DNA of 64,000 nucleotides from an uncultured Gemmatimonadaceae bacterium (GCA_963781585.1 CAWAGQ010000010.1:192001-256000); one strand, 5' to 3'; counted from the stretch's first letter, positions 16,293 through 26,694 are shown. Notes: generated from the sequence alone by a model not told the origin. Made by a program: numbers and translations.

Positions 16293-19253
16293 CTAGGGGG
16301 CGACGCGATAGAGAACGAGGTGAGACGTGCCGTCTCCCTGCCGGAGAGCTACCAGCAGACCCGGTGCCACGCGCGCCTCCAGCAGATAGCCCGCATCGGG
16401 CGGCACGCTGATGTCGACCATCCGGCGGCGTTCGACGTCCACGGCCGTCACCACGTCTCGCCGCGCGACGGTGAGCGTCGGGCCGGGACCCACGCTCACC
16501 TGGGCAAGCTCCGATCCGGGGACGCGTGAGAACGGTCGCGCTTCGCCGTTGGCCTGGATGGTCCAGACACGACCGCGGCTGTGCTGCCTCACGAAGCAGA
16601 TCGCCTGTCGTCGGTCGGGAGACCCACACTGCAGATAGCCGTCCATCTCGCTCGCCATGCGGAGTCCATCCCGCGTCACCTCCCAGACCGCGACCCGCGG
16701 TGTGGCCATCTGCAGCATCGTGAGTGACGTCGACACGCGGCCGCGCAGGAGCAAGGCCGGGATGATCACCCGCGTCCCTCCCTCGAACACGAGCTCGTCC
16801 ATGCCGCTCACGGAATCGAGAGGGGCGAATCGGTGCACCACGCCGCCCGGCACGGCCGCCCCGGCAAGCACATACAGCGAGTCGCTGCGCCCTTCCTCCC
16901 CCACGACCGACCAGGTGCCGTCGTGGGGAGATGCAGCCAGCCTGGGCGCGAGCAGCGTTGGAAGAGTGGTGGTCCACAGCACCAGGTCGGAGTCGGCGCG
17001 TTCGAGGTGCAACTCGGCTCCCTGCGTGCCGGCACGCAGTACCAGCACCCGATCGTCGTCCATGAAGGCGATCTGCATGGCGTCGATCTCGCGCCGGGCG
17101 CCCGAGAAATCCCCGACCTCGTAGCGGATCGCGTACTGCCCCGGTGCGCCAGTCATTGTCGGCTCGCCCGGACGCTGCACCACGTAGCGCGCGCCGCCGG
17201 GCGAGAGCTGGAGGCCGCTTACCGGCGTGTCGAACTCGACTCGCTGGAGCACCTCGGCGCGCGCGGTCGTTCGCGCCAGCGGTTCGCCCGTGCCGCGAAT
17301 GTCCGATACCGACAGGACGAGTGCGCCGCAGACGAGGCCCGCGGATCCCGCCGCCAGGCCCGACCACCGGCCGGCGCGCTTCCCGGCTGCAACCAGGGCT
17401 GCGGCGAGTCCGAGCAACGATACGGCCAGCGTGGGGAGCAGCGGCAATCGGGCGAGCTGATCCAACGGCAGCGCCGGCGCCGCCATCACGAGCGGAATCA
17501 GCACCAGCACCGTGGTGGCGGTCAGGACGATCAGGGCGAGGCGCGCCCCGTCGTCCCTGGCCTGGCTCCGTGCGCGACGCCAGGCCGTGCTCAGCGCGAG
17601 CGCGCCGACCAGCGCGAGTGCCGCCGCGCCGAGCTCGGGACGGTCCGCGAACCACGACGCGTCGCCAAGGAGCAGGGCGAATGCGGCGCGCGCCACCGCC
17701 ATCGCGCCTAACGCGGCGATCACGGCGGTGCCGGGTCGAACCAGCGCCAGCGTTGCCGGAACCAGCACGATGCCCACCTCTCCGGCGACCAGCGCGGCCA
17801 GCAGTGCCAGGACGGCCACCGGCCGCACACCGGCGAACGGGGGCCGTCCCAGATCGCGGTGGAGCCGCACGTCGACCCGGTCGAGCGCCTTCTGCACGGC
17901 GGCCACTTGGGCCGGCTCGAGCGGAACGGACCACGACTCGCCGCGCCGGTGCGACGCGCGGAGGGCGCGCCCGTCTCCGCTGGCGGTCACCCGCAACTCG
18001 ATCAGCTCCGACCAGACCACCGAGCGCATGCTCGAGGCGTGTGCGCGCAAGGCGTCGAGGGATCGCGGCGTGTCTGGCGGTGCACCGTCGAACCACCAGG
18101 CGCGCGTATCGTCGAAGACAACCACGCTGCCGGGCCGCGCGGTGGGCAGCACGATCGGTTCGCCGATTGCACCGGCCGCCTGGGCGCCGCCGCCGCGCAA
18201 CGCCTGGATGCGTCGCGCCAGGCTTGGATGCGACGCACTACGCTCGAAGTTGACCGGCCAGCGTCGCGGGATGAAGGCGTGCACATAGACCTTGATGAGT
18301 CCCCGCGCGACGGCATCCGGATCGCCCGACAGCGCGGCCGCGCGCAGGTCGCTCTCGGTCTCCTCCCGTTGGCGCCTGCGTGCACGCATCACCAGCGATG
18401 CTACGACCGCCAGCGGCCAGAGCAGCGGTACCCAGGATGCGCCTTCCGGGGAAAGCCGCTGGAGGAGGAGCGGGAGCCCCGCCGCGAGCACGATCAGTAC
18501 CTGGTTCAGCGATTCGAGCCGGCGCATCCGTCGCGGACTGAACTGCTCGATGTGCGCCAGCTCGTGCGCGTAGATCGCCGCCGCTTCGTCGGGCTCCAGC
18601 AGCTCCAGCAGCCGGTTTCCGAGCCCGATGGCGGGACCATGAAGGGATGGCAGGGCCAGCGCGTTGGCGTATCGGGCGTCGGGGCCGCCGATGCGGTACA
18701 GAGCTGGCGGTGCGATGCCGGCGCGCTCCACGATCGCTCTGATGCGCGGGGCCAGCGACTGATCCTCCAGCGGCGTGGCCTCGTGCAGCCGCAACCAGAT
18801 CCGCACATACCAGCGCTCCCAGACCAGCAACCCCACCAGCAGGCCAACGGCGAGCGCCGCGCGGTAGCGCGCGTCGGTGCCAAGGACGAGTTCCGGTGTC
18901 CAGGCGAGGATGATCCAGAAGCCAAACCCGGCGACGATCGACTTCGCGCTCCGCCACAGGTAGCGCGGCAGGTTCGAAGTCTCGAACTGCAGGAACCGGC
19001 GCAGCGGGTAGCGCCCCACCAGGAGCGCGAGCGCCATCAGCGGGATGCCCCACATCGCGCCGTTGCCGCCAAATACCAGCGTGACGGCGAGCGCGGTGGC
19101 CACGATCAGCGTCAGGCGCTGCTGGCGTGCGAACAGCAGCTCCGGCAGGGCCGGGTCGTCGGTGAATCGTGTCAGGCGGCGACCGGTCCACCAGGCGGCG
19201 ATCCCGGGGGTCACCGAAACGAGAGCAACGATGACCGACGAAGCGGTCAGCAC
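16293..19253 (-). CDS. M48 (HtpX/Ste24-like) zinc metalloprotease with long C-terminal extension
   Basis: NALAL, AHELAH zinc motif, E.ESDLRA third-ligand region, SHPSLARRIQAL; ~600 further residues with TM segments and a beta-rich tail. Confidence 0.85.
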   Translation of the reverse strand: MLTASSVIVALVSVTPGIAAWWTGRRLTRFTDDPALPELLFARQQRLTLIVATALAVTLVFGGNGAMWGIPLMALALLVGRYPLRRFLQFETSNLPRYLWRSAKSIVAGFGFWIILAWTPELVLGTDARYRAALAVGLLVGLLVWERWYVRIWLRLHEATPLEDQSLAPRIRAIVERAGIAPPALYRIGGPDARYANALALPSLHGPAIGLGNRLLELLEPDEAAAIYAHELAHIEQFSPRRMRRLESLNQVLIVLAAGLPLLLQRLSPEGASWVPLLWPLAVVASLVMRARRRQREETESDLRAAALSGDPDAVARGLIKVYVHAFIPRRWPVNFERSASHPSLARRIQALRGGGAQAAGAIGEPIVLPTARPGSVVVFDDTRAWWFDGAPPDTPRSLDALRAHASSMRSVVWSELIELRVTASGDGRALRASHRRGESWSVPLEPAQVAAVQKALDRVDVRLHRDLGRPPFAGVRPVAVLALLAALVAGEVGIVLVPATLALVRPGTAVIAALGAMAVARAAFALLLGDASWFADRPELGAAALALVGALALSTAWRRARSQARDDGARLALIVLTATTVLVLIPLVMAAPALPLDQLARLPLLPTLAVSLLGLAAALVAAGKRAGRWSGLAAGSAGLVCGALVLSVSDIRGTGEPLARTTARAEVLQRVEFDTPVSGLQLSPGGARYVVQRPGEPTMTGAPGQYAIRYEVGDFSGARREIDAMQIAFMDDDRVLVLRAGTQGAELHLERADSDLVLWTTTLPTLLAPRLAASPHDGTWSVVGEEGRSDSLYVLAGAAVPGGVVHRFAPLDSVSGMDELVFEGGTRVIIPALLLRGRVSTSLTMLQMATPRVAVWEVTRDGLRMASEMDGYLQCGSPDRRQAICFVRQHSRGRVWTIQANGEARPFSRVPGSELAQVSVGPGPTLTVARRDVVTAVDVERRRMVDISVPPDAGYLLEARVAPGLLVALRQGDGTSHLVLYRVAP

Positions 19254-19349
19254 GTCAGGGGCGCATTCGTGTTCTTGCGACCGGGTATCGGGGAATCGCG
19301 CGCGCTGGTTGTTCCCTGCAGCGTCGCCTCGTTACCGGAGCGCGTCCGG

Positions 19350-20132
19350 CTACGGCTTGCGGAGCGGCGCCCGGTCCGATCGCGCAGGATACGGCACGAG
19401 GGTCGTCACGGTGGCACCGTTGGCCCACACGATCGTGAGGCCGGTGTATGCGATTCGGGCCTCGACGCCGCGTACCCGGAAGTCCGCGGTCCTCGACGCC
19501 ATGTCCACCTGCTGCGTGAGAAGCGGCTGTTGGAGGGAATCGGCGAGGAAGAACTGCGCCTCGCGTATCGGTCGCAGGTTCCCCACCCAGGTGAGGCGAA
19601 GCGTATCGCCCCCGGGATGCTCCATACGCATCACCCCGCCGCCGCCGTCCGCGCCGCCGCCAATGATCAGCGTCTTCGACTTCGTCGGGTCGGATGGGGC
19701 GGGGGCGGGCGTGCTTGCCGGGGCCGCAACGCGTCGGCCTCCGTAGTACACCGGCGCTGGGTAGTAAACGACGTTAGGCGCCGGGGCTGCGGCCTGGTAT
19801 TCCACCACGGTGGGACCGTAGAGGAATCCTCGCGGAAACCCGATCGACGGATTCCGGAAAGGCCGTGGACCATCGAAGTGGCCCACGCCCCCCAGACCCG
19901 GATTCACGGGGCCATGGCGCCCGTCGAACGAACTGCCGCGCGCGCCGCCCCGTCCATCGCGTGCCCCGCCGAGCGTTCCGAATCCGGTGAGCGGATGCGA
20001 CCCCGGCTGCGGCGTGGCGACTACGCCCGGCAGCGGCCTGGCGCGGCCGCCGCCGCGCTGTGCGGCAGCCTGTCCCGGGCCGACCGTGACGAGCACGGTG
20101 GCAATGACGATTGCGCGGGATCCTGGTGACAT
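19350..20132 (-). CDS. Secreted Gly/Pro-rich hypothetical protein
   Basis: GGAG RBS before ATG 20132; signal peptide ending AAA-Q; low-complexity middle and beta-rich C-terminus. Confidence 0.65.
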   Translation of the reverse strand: MSPGSRAIVIATVLVTVGPGQAAAQRGGGRARPLPGVVATPQPGSHPLTGFGTLGGARDGRGGARGSSFDGRHGPVNPGLGGVGHFDGPRPFRNPSIGFPRGFLYGPTVVEYQAAAPAPNVVYYPAPVYYGGRRVAAPASTPAPAPSDPTKSKTLIIGGGADGGGGVMRMEHPGGDTLRLTWVGNLRPIREAQFFLADSLQQPLLTQQVDMASRTADFRVRGVEARIAYTGLTIVWANGATVTTLVPYPARSDRAPLRKP

Positions 20133-20313
20133 GACTGCTCCCCGGGGAACCGAATGCACTCCGCCGATGTGGCCGCGTCGCGGACCTTGCACCGCGTCGC
20201 GAACCGGGAGCATCGGCTCTTGGCTCCCTCTTCCGTACGCTAAGGACCTGGGGGCATGCCGCCAAGGGAGAGGGACAGAACGACCGAACGGCGATCGCTC
20301 GGTCGGGACCTCC

Positions 20314-23011
20314 TCAGTCGCCGCGCAAGGCCACGTTGGGGTCCACTCGCGCCGCGCGAAGTGCGGGAATTGCCGTCGCGGCAAGCGCGACCACCACCAA
20401 CACCGCGACCACCACGCCGAATACCGCTGGATCGCGCGGTGATTGCCGGAACATCAGCCCTTCGATCCAGTGGGCGGTCCACAGCGCGATCACGCTGCCG
20501 ATGACGATCCCGATGATGATCAGTCGTGTCCCTGCGCGCGACCACGAGTTGCATCACTTGTCGGAGCGACGCGCCGAGCGCGAGTCGCACCCCGATCTCC
20601 TGCGTCCGCTGCGCCACGTCGTACGCGATCATGGCGTAGAGTCCGATCGCCGCCAGGCAGAGGGCGAGCACACCGAACGCCACGAACATGGTCGCGCCGA
20701 ACTGCCAGGCACGGAAGTTCGGGTCCACCAGCTTGCTCAGCGGCACGACGTTCACGTAGGCGGCGCCGGGCATCTCGCGTTGCAGGCGGCGACGGAGACC
20801 CTCGGCCTGGTCGGCGGCGTGGCCGGCGAACCGCACGAACATCTGCGGATAGGGCGCGTCGTCGTACTGCGTGATCGGGACGTAGTAGGTGTACTCCCTT
20901 GGCGCTGCCAACTGCCGAATGTGCGCGTCCTCGGCCACACCGACCACGGTGCTGCACGGTACCGTGTCGCTGCCGATGCGGAAGCACTGACCGATGGCAT
21001 CGCGACCCGGCCACAGCACGCGCGCCATGCCTTCGCTCACGACGGCCACGCGCAGCGTGTTTGCCCGGTCCGAGTCCTCGAATCCGCGCCCGCGCAGGAT
21101 CCGGGTTCCCAGTGTGGCGAAGTAGTCCGGGGATCCGGCCTGCAGAATGAACGTGCCGAGCTTGCGCACCGAATCGACCCCCGGAACCCAGAGGCCACGC
21201 CCCTCGTTGCTCCAGAACGGCACGGAAGCCGCCAGCGTAGCGCGGGTCACTCCGGGCATGGATTGGGCCGCCGTCAGCATGCGCTGCAGGAGCGCCGGCA
21301 GTTCGGCCTCGCTCAGCCGCGTGCCGCGGGGATTGGCGGCCGCGAACAGCACCGGCTCCACATCGTACCCCAGGCGGTAACCGCGCACGTGCTGCAGGCT
21401 GCGCACGAAAAGCCCCGCCCCCACCAGCAGCACGACCGACAATGCCGACTGGAACACCACCAGCGACGTTTGCAGACGGCCACGACGGTATGTGCCTTCG
21501 CGCGCACCCGTCCGGAGCGCGGTCGTCAGATCGCCGCGTCCCGACAAGAACGCGGGGGCCAGTCCGGTGAGGAGCGCGGCGCCCATTGTCGCCGCTGCCG
21601 CGAACAGCAGGGTGCGTCCGTCCGTGAGAACGCCGGCCCGCGCTTCGCCGGGCAGAAACAGCGTGCCCAACACTGATGCACCCCACTGCGCGATCGCCAG
21701 GCCGGCGGCACCAGCGGCCAGTGCCAGAAGCAGGCTCTCCGTAAAAAGTTGCCGGACGAGACGCAGCCGGCTCACGCCGAGGGCGATGCGCATCGACACC
21801 TCGCGCTGGCGACTCACCGCTCGCGCGAGCAGCAGATTCGCGACATTGGCACACGCGACGAGCAGCACGATCAGCGCCACGCCATCGATCCAGAGGGCGA
21901 CCTTGGCGTCGCGACTTGCGTCCGGCCCACGGGCGAGCTGTACCGGCGCCAGCTCGCCGTGCGGACGAACCGCATCAAAGGTCCCGCCTTCCTCGCCGCG
22001 AGCGCTGGCGGCACGCCAGCTCTGTTGCAACGCGGCGGTCAGATCGGTCTCGGCGGCGGTCACGCTCACGCCGGGCTTCCGCCTGGCGATCATCTCCAGC
22101 CAGCTCCAACCGTAGCCGGCGGTGTATCTGCTGCCGCGGAACGCGTACGCATACGCGGTGATCGGCATGTACGCGGCCGGAACTCCCTGATCACTCATTC
22201 CGACGAAATGTTCCGGCGCGACGCCGACGATCGTGGCGAGCGTGCGATCCACCCGGAGAGGCTTGCCGATCACGTCCGGGCTTCCGCCAAAGTGCGTCTG
22301 CCAGAACGTGTAGCCGAGCACCACCACCGGAGCGCCGGCGGGAACGCTGTCCTCTTCGGCCGTAAAAAAGCGACCGACGGCCGGCCGCGCGTCGAAGAAA
22401 CCGAAATAACTCGCGCTCGCGACGGTGACGGGCACCTCATGCGCGTCCTCGCCGTCACCCACTGCGAGCCTGCGCGTCTGAAAGGCCGCGATCTCGGAGA
22501 AGGCATGGGTCTGCCGCTTCAGGTCGAGGAATACCGGGAACGAGAGGTTACGGATCTGTTGCACCTCGTTGTCGTAGGTCCCGACGTAGTAAACGCGGTG
22601 CACCGTGTCGGGGTCGTGCAGGGCGAATGGCGCCCGGAAGATCAGCCGATCGACGATGGCGAACATGCTGGCGTTCGCGCCGATACCGAGGGCGAGGGTG
22701 AGTATCACCCCGAGCGTGAATGCCGGGCGGGCGCGCAGCCCGCGCAGGGCGTATCGGAGGTCCTGCCAGGTCGTCTCCAGCAGCACCAGTCCGCGGGCGT
22801 CGCGTGTGTCATCCTTGATGCGATCGATGCCGCCGAAGGCGAGCCGTGCGCGGCGCACGGCCTCGGTGCGTGAGACCCCGTCTCGTACGTACTTCGCCGC
22901 TTCGTGTTCGATGTGGAAGCGCAGCTCGTCGTCCAGCTCGCGCTCGACGGCTCGGCGCCGAAACAGCGCGCGCGTTCGATAGCGAATCTCGCTCAGCAGT
23001 TGGGCCAGCAT
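20314..23011 (-). pseudogene. ADOP-family duplicated ABC permease (MacB/FtsX-type), frameshifted near 20535
   Basis: Permease prefix [46 protein letters not shown]; the canonical end [17 protein letters not shown] lies in another frame and stops at 20314. Confidence 0.8.
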
Positions 23012-23030
23012 CGCATCGCTCCGGGCAGCG

Positions 23031-23360
23031 TCAGTGCATGTCGAGCACGAGCGCGACCGCCGCGGTCAGCTTCGCCCAAGCGTCCGCCTCGTCGGTGAGC
23101 TGCCTGCGACCCGTCCGGGTGAGCTCGTAGAACTTCGCCTTCCGATTGTTCTCCGATGCTCCCCATTGCGCCCGGATCCACCCCTGCCGTTCGAGCCGGT
23201 GGAGCGCCGGATACAGCGATCCCTGCGGAACGCGCAGCGTGGTGCGCGACACCTGATGCAGGCGCTCCGAGATCGCCCATCCGTGCATGGGTTCGAGCGA
23301 GAGCGCCTTGAGGATGAGGAGGTCGAGTGTGCCTTGAGGGAGGTCGAGGTGATCGGTCAC
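23031..23360 (-). CDS. PadR family transcriptional regulator (acidobacterial type)
   Basis: [42 protein letters not shown]; directly upstream of the ADOP permease. Confidence 0.95.
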   Translation of the reverse strand: MTDHLDLPQGTLDLLILKALSLEPMHGWAISERLHQVSRTTLRVPQGSLYPALHRLERQGWIRAQWGASENNRKAKFYELTRTGRRQLTDEADAWAKLTAAVALVLDMH

Positions 23361-23543
23361 TGGCGGGGAGGCAGGTGGTCAGGGCTCTTTGGTGATGGCT
23401 GATGGCCCACCACATGGGTGATAACCTGGGCAGCGGCGTGGGGCGAGCGCGCAGCGTGGGGCACTCGGCGGCGTTTCGTCATCACCACGGACGCGACGCC
23501 GCAATCATCAGGACTCACCAGCACACGACCCCGGCCGTACCCT

Positions 23544-23589
23544 TTGCACTTCTACAGGAGATGTTACTGCGCGACCTGTAGAAGCGCAA
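23544..23589. repeat. Intergenic inverted repeat (14/15-bp arms)
   Basis: ttgcacttctacagg (23544-23558) versus cctgtagaagcgcaa (23575-23589). Confidence 0.7.
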
Positions 23590-23757
23590 GAGGTGGGGGT
23601 CGGCTGGTCGCAACTGGGCTCCCGCGACGCCCCGTCTCATGCGGGCTGCCGGAGACTTGCCGCGGGAAGCAAGGCGGGAGGCATCCTGTCCTCTGGCCGG
23701 CGCGCGTGCGCGCGGACCGGGCGAGACGCTCGCCAAACGATTCGAGGCGACCTATCT

Positions 23758-23802
23758 TCGCCAAGCTCCGGGAGCGATCGACCATCACTTGGCGAAACAG
23801 CA
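23758..23802. repeat. 45-nt dispersed palindromic repeat, copy 2
   Basis: tcgccaagctccgggagcgatcgaccatcacttggcgaaacagca; outer stem TCGCCAAG/CTTGGCGA. Confidence 0.85.
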
Positions 23803-23838
23803 CCGCATCGCCGCACTACCATAATGGAAGGAGCCGCC

Positions 23839-25695
23839 ATGAGCATCCGCGAAGAGCTCGAGCTGCTGGATCAGATTCAGGCCGACGCCGAGCAGGTTGC
23901 CGAGGAGATGGAGGAGCTGTCCGGCGGCGGCATCGCGCGCCGCGAGTTTGTCTTCCTGTCCCTCGTGACGGCTGCAGCGAGCACCTTCGGGTTCGGCGCG
24001 CGCGCGCTGGCACAGGGTGGGGCCGGAGGTGGACAGGGTGGGCCGCAGACGCCGCCGCCGCCCCTGGGGAACGGAGAACCCGTTTCGTGGACCTTCCAGC
24101 CCTATCCGGGGGGAACCGGTGCGCTGATGGAGAAGCTCATCGCGGAACGCGGCGCCGCGGCGTTCAAGCGCGCGACCTTCACGGTGGAGAAGTGGAGCGG
24201 GTCTGTCCCGACGTCTCCCGAGGACATCGCCTTCCTCCCGGCGCATCGGCTGTCGGCGCTGCTCAAGGAACGACGGATTACCTCCACCCAGCTTACCCGC
24301 ATCTACCTCGATCGCATCAAGCGGCTCGACCCCACGCTGCTGTGCGCCGTCACCATCATGGAAGACCAGGCAGTGGCGGAAGCGGCGCGGGCCGATGCCG
24401 AGATCAAGGCGGGAAAGTATCGCGGGCCCCTTCACGGCATTCCGTACGGCGTGAAGGATCTCTTCGCCACCAAAGGCGTGCGCACCACGTGGGGATCGAA
24501 GGACTTCGAGACACGCGTCATCGACGAAGACGCCGAGGTCGTCGTGAGGCTGCGCGATGCGGGCGCGGTACTGATGGCGAAGCTGGCCACCGGACTCTTT
24601 GCGCAGGGTGATCAGTGGTACCGGGGACGTACGAACAATCCCTGGGACATCCGGCGCGGATCGAGCGGCTCGTCGGCTGGCCCGTCCTCGGCGACCGCCG
24701 CCGGGTGCGTGGGGTTCGGTATCGGCACCGAGACGTCAGGGTCGATCGTGTCGCCGGCGCGCGAATGCGGGCTCAGCGCGCTCCGGCCCACCTTCGGGCG
24801 GGTGAGCCGCTACGGCGGGATGGTTCTCGCCTGGTCGCAGGATCGCGTGGGCCCGATCTGCCGGACCACTGAAGACTGCGCGATGGTCTTCAACACGATC
24901 CATGGCGTGGACCCGAAGGATCCCGGAACTGTGACGACGCCGTTCCAGTTCGACCGCAATATCAAGCTCTCCTCGGTGCGCATCGGCGTGGACTCGAATG
25001 CGCCGCAGGAGTTCGTGGACAAGCTGCGCGAGCTGGGGATGTCACCCAGCCCCCTCGGTCCGCGTCCGCAGATGCCCGGCGGGGGCGGCGGACTGGGGGT
25101 GGAGTCGTCAGCGGCCTTCGATGAATACGTGCAGTGGAAGGCGAAGGAGCTCGGCATCGATCTGGCATCGATTCCCGAACCGGTGCGTGGCGGTGGAGCG
25201 GGGCGCGGTGGTCGTGGAGCCGACACGACGGCTGGGCGTGGCGCGGCGGGCCGCGGCGGTGGTGCTGGCGGCGGCGGAGGTCGTGGCGATCCCGGGAATC
25301 CGACCGGCATGTCAGCGCTCACCCGGTGGACCAACGGTCGCTTCGCGCGCGCGTTCGATTTCGTGAACGCGCAGCGCCGTCGTTACATCCTGATCAGCCA
25401 GATGGCGGAGTTGCTCAAGGACCTCGACATGTACGTGCCGGGCGCCAACGGTTACGACGTGGGGCTGCACGCGCAGACCGGTCATCCGTGTACGGTGGTG
25501 CCGTACAAGTTCGATTCACCGCCCGCGGGGCGCGGCGGTCGCGGTGCGGACACGACGGCGCCGCCCCCTGTGTACAACAAGCAGCCCATCTGTGCCGTGC
25601 TGGCCGGGAATCTGTACAACGACGACCTGATTCTGTCGGTGGCGAATCAGTACCAGATTCACACTGACTGGCACAAACGGCACCCGGCACTATAG
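23839..25695 (+). CDS. Amidase signature family protein, probably exported
   Basis: RBS AAGGAG; RGPLHGIPYGVKDL, GSSGSSAG, GTETSGSI (Lys-Ser-Ser triad); twin-Arg-like ARREFVFL...ALA-Q. Confidence 0.92.
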   Translation: MSIREELELLDQIQADAEQVAEEMEELSGGGIARREFVFLSLVTAAASTFGFGARALAQGGAGGGQGGPQTPPPPLGNGEPVSWTFQPYPGGTGALMEKLIAERGAAAFKRATFTVEKWSGSVPTSPEDIAFLPAHRLSALLKERRITSTQLTRIYLDRIKRLDPTLLCAVTIMEDQAVAEAARADAEIKAGKYRGPLHGIPYGVKDLFATKGVRTTWGSKDFETRVIDEDAEVVVRLRDAGAVLMAKLATGLFAQGDQWYRGRTNNPWDIRRGSSGSSAGPSSATAAGCVGFGIGTETSGSIVSPARECGLSALRPTFGRVSRYGGMVLAWSQDRVGPICRTTEDCAMVFNTIHGVDPKDPGTVTTPFQFDRNIKLSSVRIGVDSNAPQEFVDKLRELGMSPSPLGPRPQMPGGGGGLGVESSAAFDEYVQWKAKELGIDLASIPEPVRGGGAGRGGRGADTTAGRGAAGRGGGAGGGGGRGDPGNPTGMSALTRWTNGRFARAFDFVNAQRRRYILISQMAELLKDLDMYVPGANGYDVGLHAQTGHPCTVVPYKFDSPPAGRGGRGADTTAPPPVYNKQPICAVLAGNLYNDDLILSVANQYQIHTDWHKRHPAL

Positions 25696-25726
25696 CCCGC
25701 GCCGGATTAGTGCGGAAACGAGCTCG

Positions 25727-26056
25727 TCAGGCGCCGGCGAGCACGAGCTCGATGGCGCGGGAAAAGTGTTTCCATTCCGACTGCTCCTCGACCAGCTGCT
25801 TTTTCCCGGGGGTCGTCAGACGATAGAACTTGGCGCGACGGCCTTCCGGTGAAACGCCCCACTCGGCCGACACCCACCCGCGCTCCTCCAGCCGGTACAG
25901 AGCGGGGTAGAGCGAGCCCTGGTTCACCTGGAGCATGTCCTTCGAGAGCTCCCTGATCCGCTTGGAGATGGCCCAGCCGTGCAGGGCGCCGGTGCGGAGC
26001 GTGTTGAGGATCAGGAGGTCGAGCGTGCCCTGGAGGAGGTCGGCTCTGTCGCGCAT
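25727..26056 (-). CDS. PadR family transcriptional regulator (acidobacterial type)
   Basis: [40 protein letters not shown]. Confidence 0.95.
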   Translation of the reverse strand: MRDRADLLQGTLDLLILNTLRTGALHGWAISKRIRELSKDMLQVNQGSLYPALYRLEERGWVSAEWGVSPEGRRAKFYRLTTPGKKQLVEEQSEWKHFSRAIELVLAGA

Positions 26057-26079
26057 GGGGTCGTGGCGGGCAGGGGGCT

Positions 26080-26132
26080 GATACCTTGACGTTCGACAAC
26101 ATTGCGGGGCTGTTGTCGATTGTCAAGGTATC
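26080..26132. promoter_or_regulatory. 22-bp-arm inverted repeat upstream of padR (probable PadR operator over the promoter)
   Basis: gataccttgacgttcgacaaca-N9-tgttgtcgattgtcaaggtatc, 20/22 complementary; TTGAC on both strands. Confidence 0.7.
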
Positions 26133-26325
26133 GGCCGATCGGTCGGTTCGACTGCTGACGGCGACAGGTGCTGTGCCGATCAGCGCCACCGTACCCCGTC
26201 GACTAGATTGCTGGTCAGCTGGTGAGTCGCCGCGTCCGGCGCTCTCTTTGGCCTTCGCGCTGTCGCTGTGCAGCCGAGCCCCGAGCCGCCCCGGTCAGCC
26301 TGCTCCAGCCCTCAAGGACGCCAAC

Positions 26326-26694
26326 ATGGATAGGACAGGCAATGGCGAACTCGCGGAGCCGACGGCCGCGGAGATCGCAGACGCGAAGGACCTCCGATCG
26401 GTCATCGCCGCCGCCCTGGCGACATCGCCGGTCAACGAGACGGCGCTGCGCCGCGGCGTCTGGACGTACGTGGGCGCCGAGCGCCACGCGGGAACGTCGC
26501 CCGGGCACGTTATCATCGCGCTCACCGAGTTGGTCGAGGCCGCCCGGATCGAACCGATGTCGGCTCGTCAGGCGCTGATGCGGCGGGTCATCCTCTGGTG
26601 CGTCGAGGCCTACTTCGGTCACTTGGGGGGCGACGTCGTGGGACGGACCGGCGACGCCCTCTCCGACGCGCCAGCGCCCAAGCCGACGCCATAG
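26326..26694 (+). CDS. Small helical hypothetical protein
   Basis: AAGGA RBS before ATG 26326; globular-looking sequence ending VILWCVEAYFG; codon usage typical of the genome. Confidence 0.7.
   Translation: MDRTGNGELAEPTAAEIADAKDLRSVIAAALATSPVNETALRRGVWTYVGAERHAGTSPGHVIIALTELVEAARIEPMSARQALMRRVILWCVEAYFGHLGGDVVGRTGDALSDAPAPKPTP

Noticed and set aside
20240..20535. Arg/Asp-rich C-terminus of the 923-aa ORF as a real domain
   Set aside because: It is the out-of-frame read-through after the frameshift; the canonical end is in another frame.
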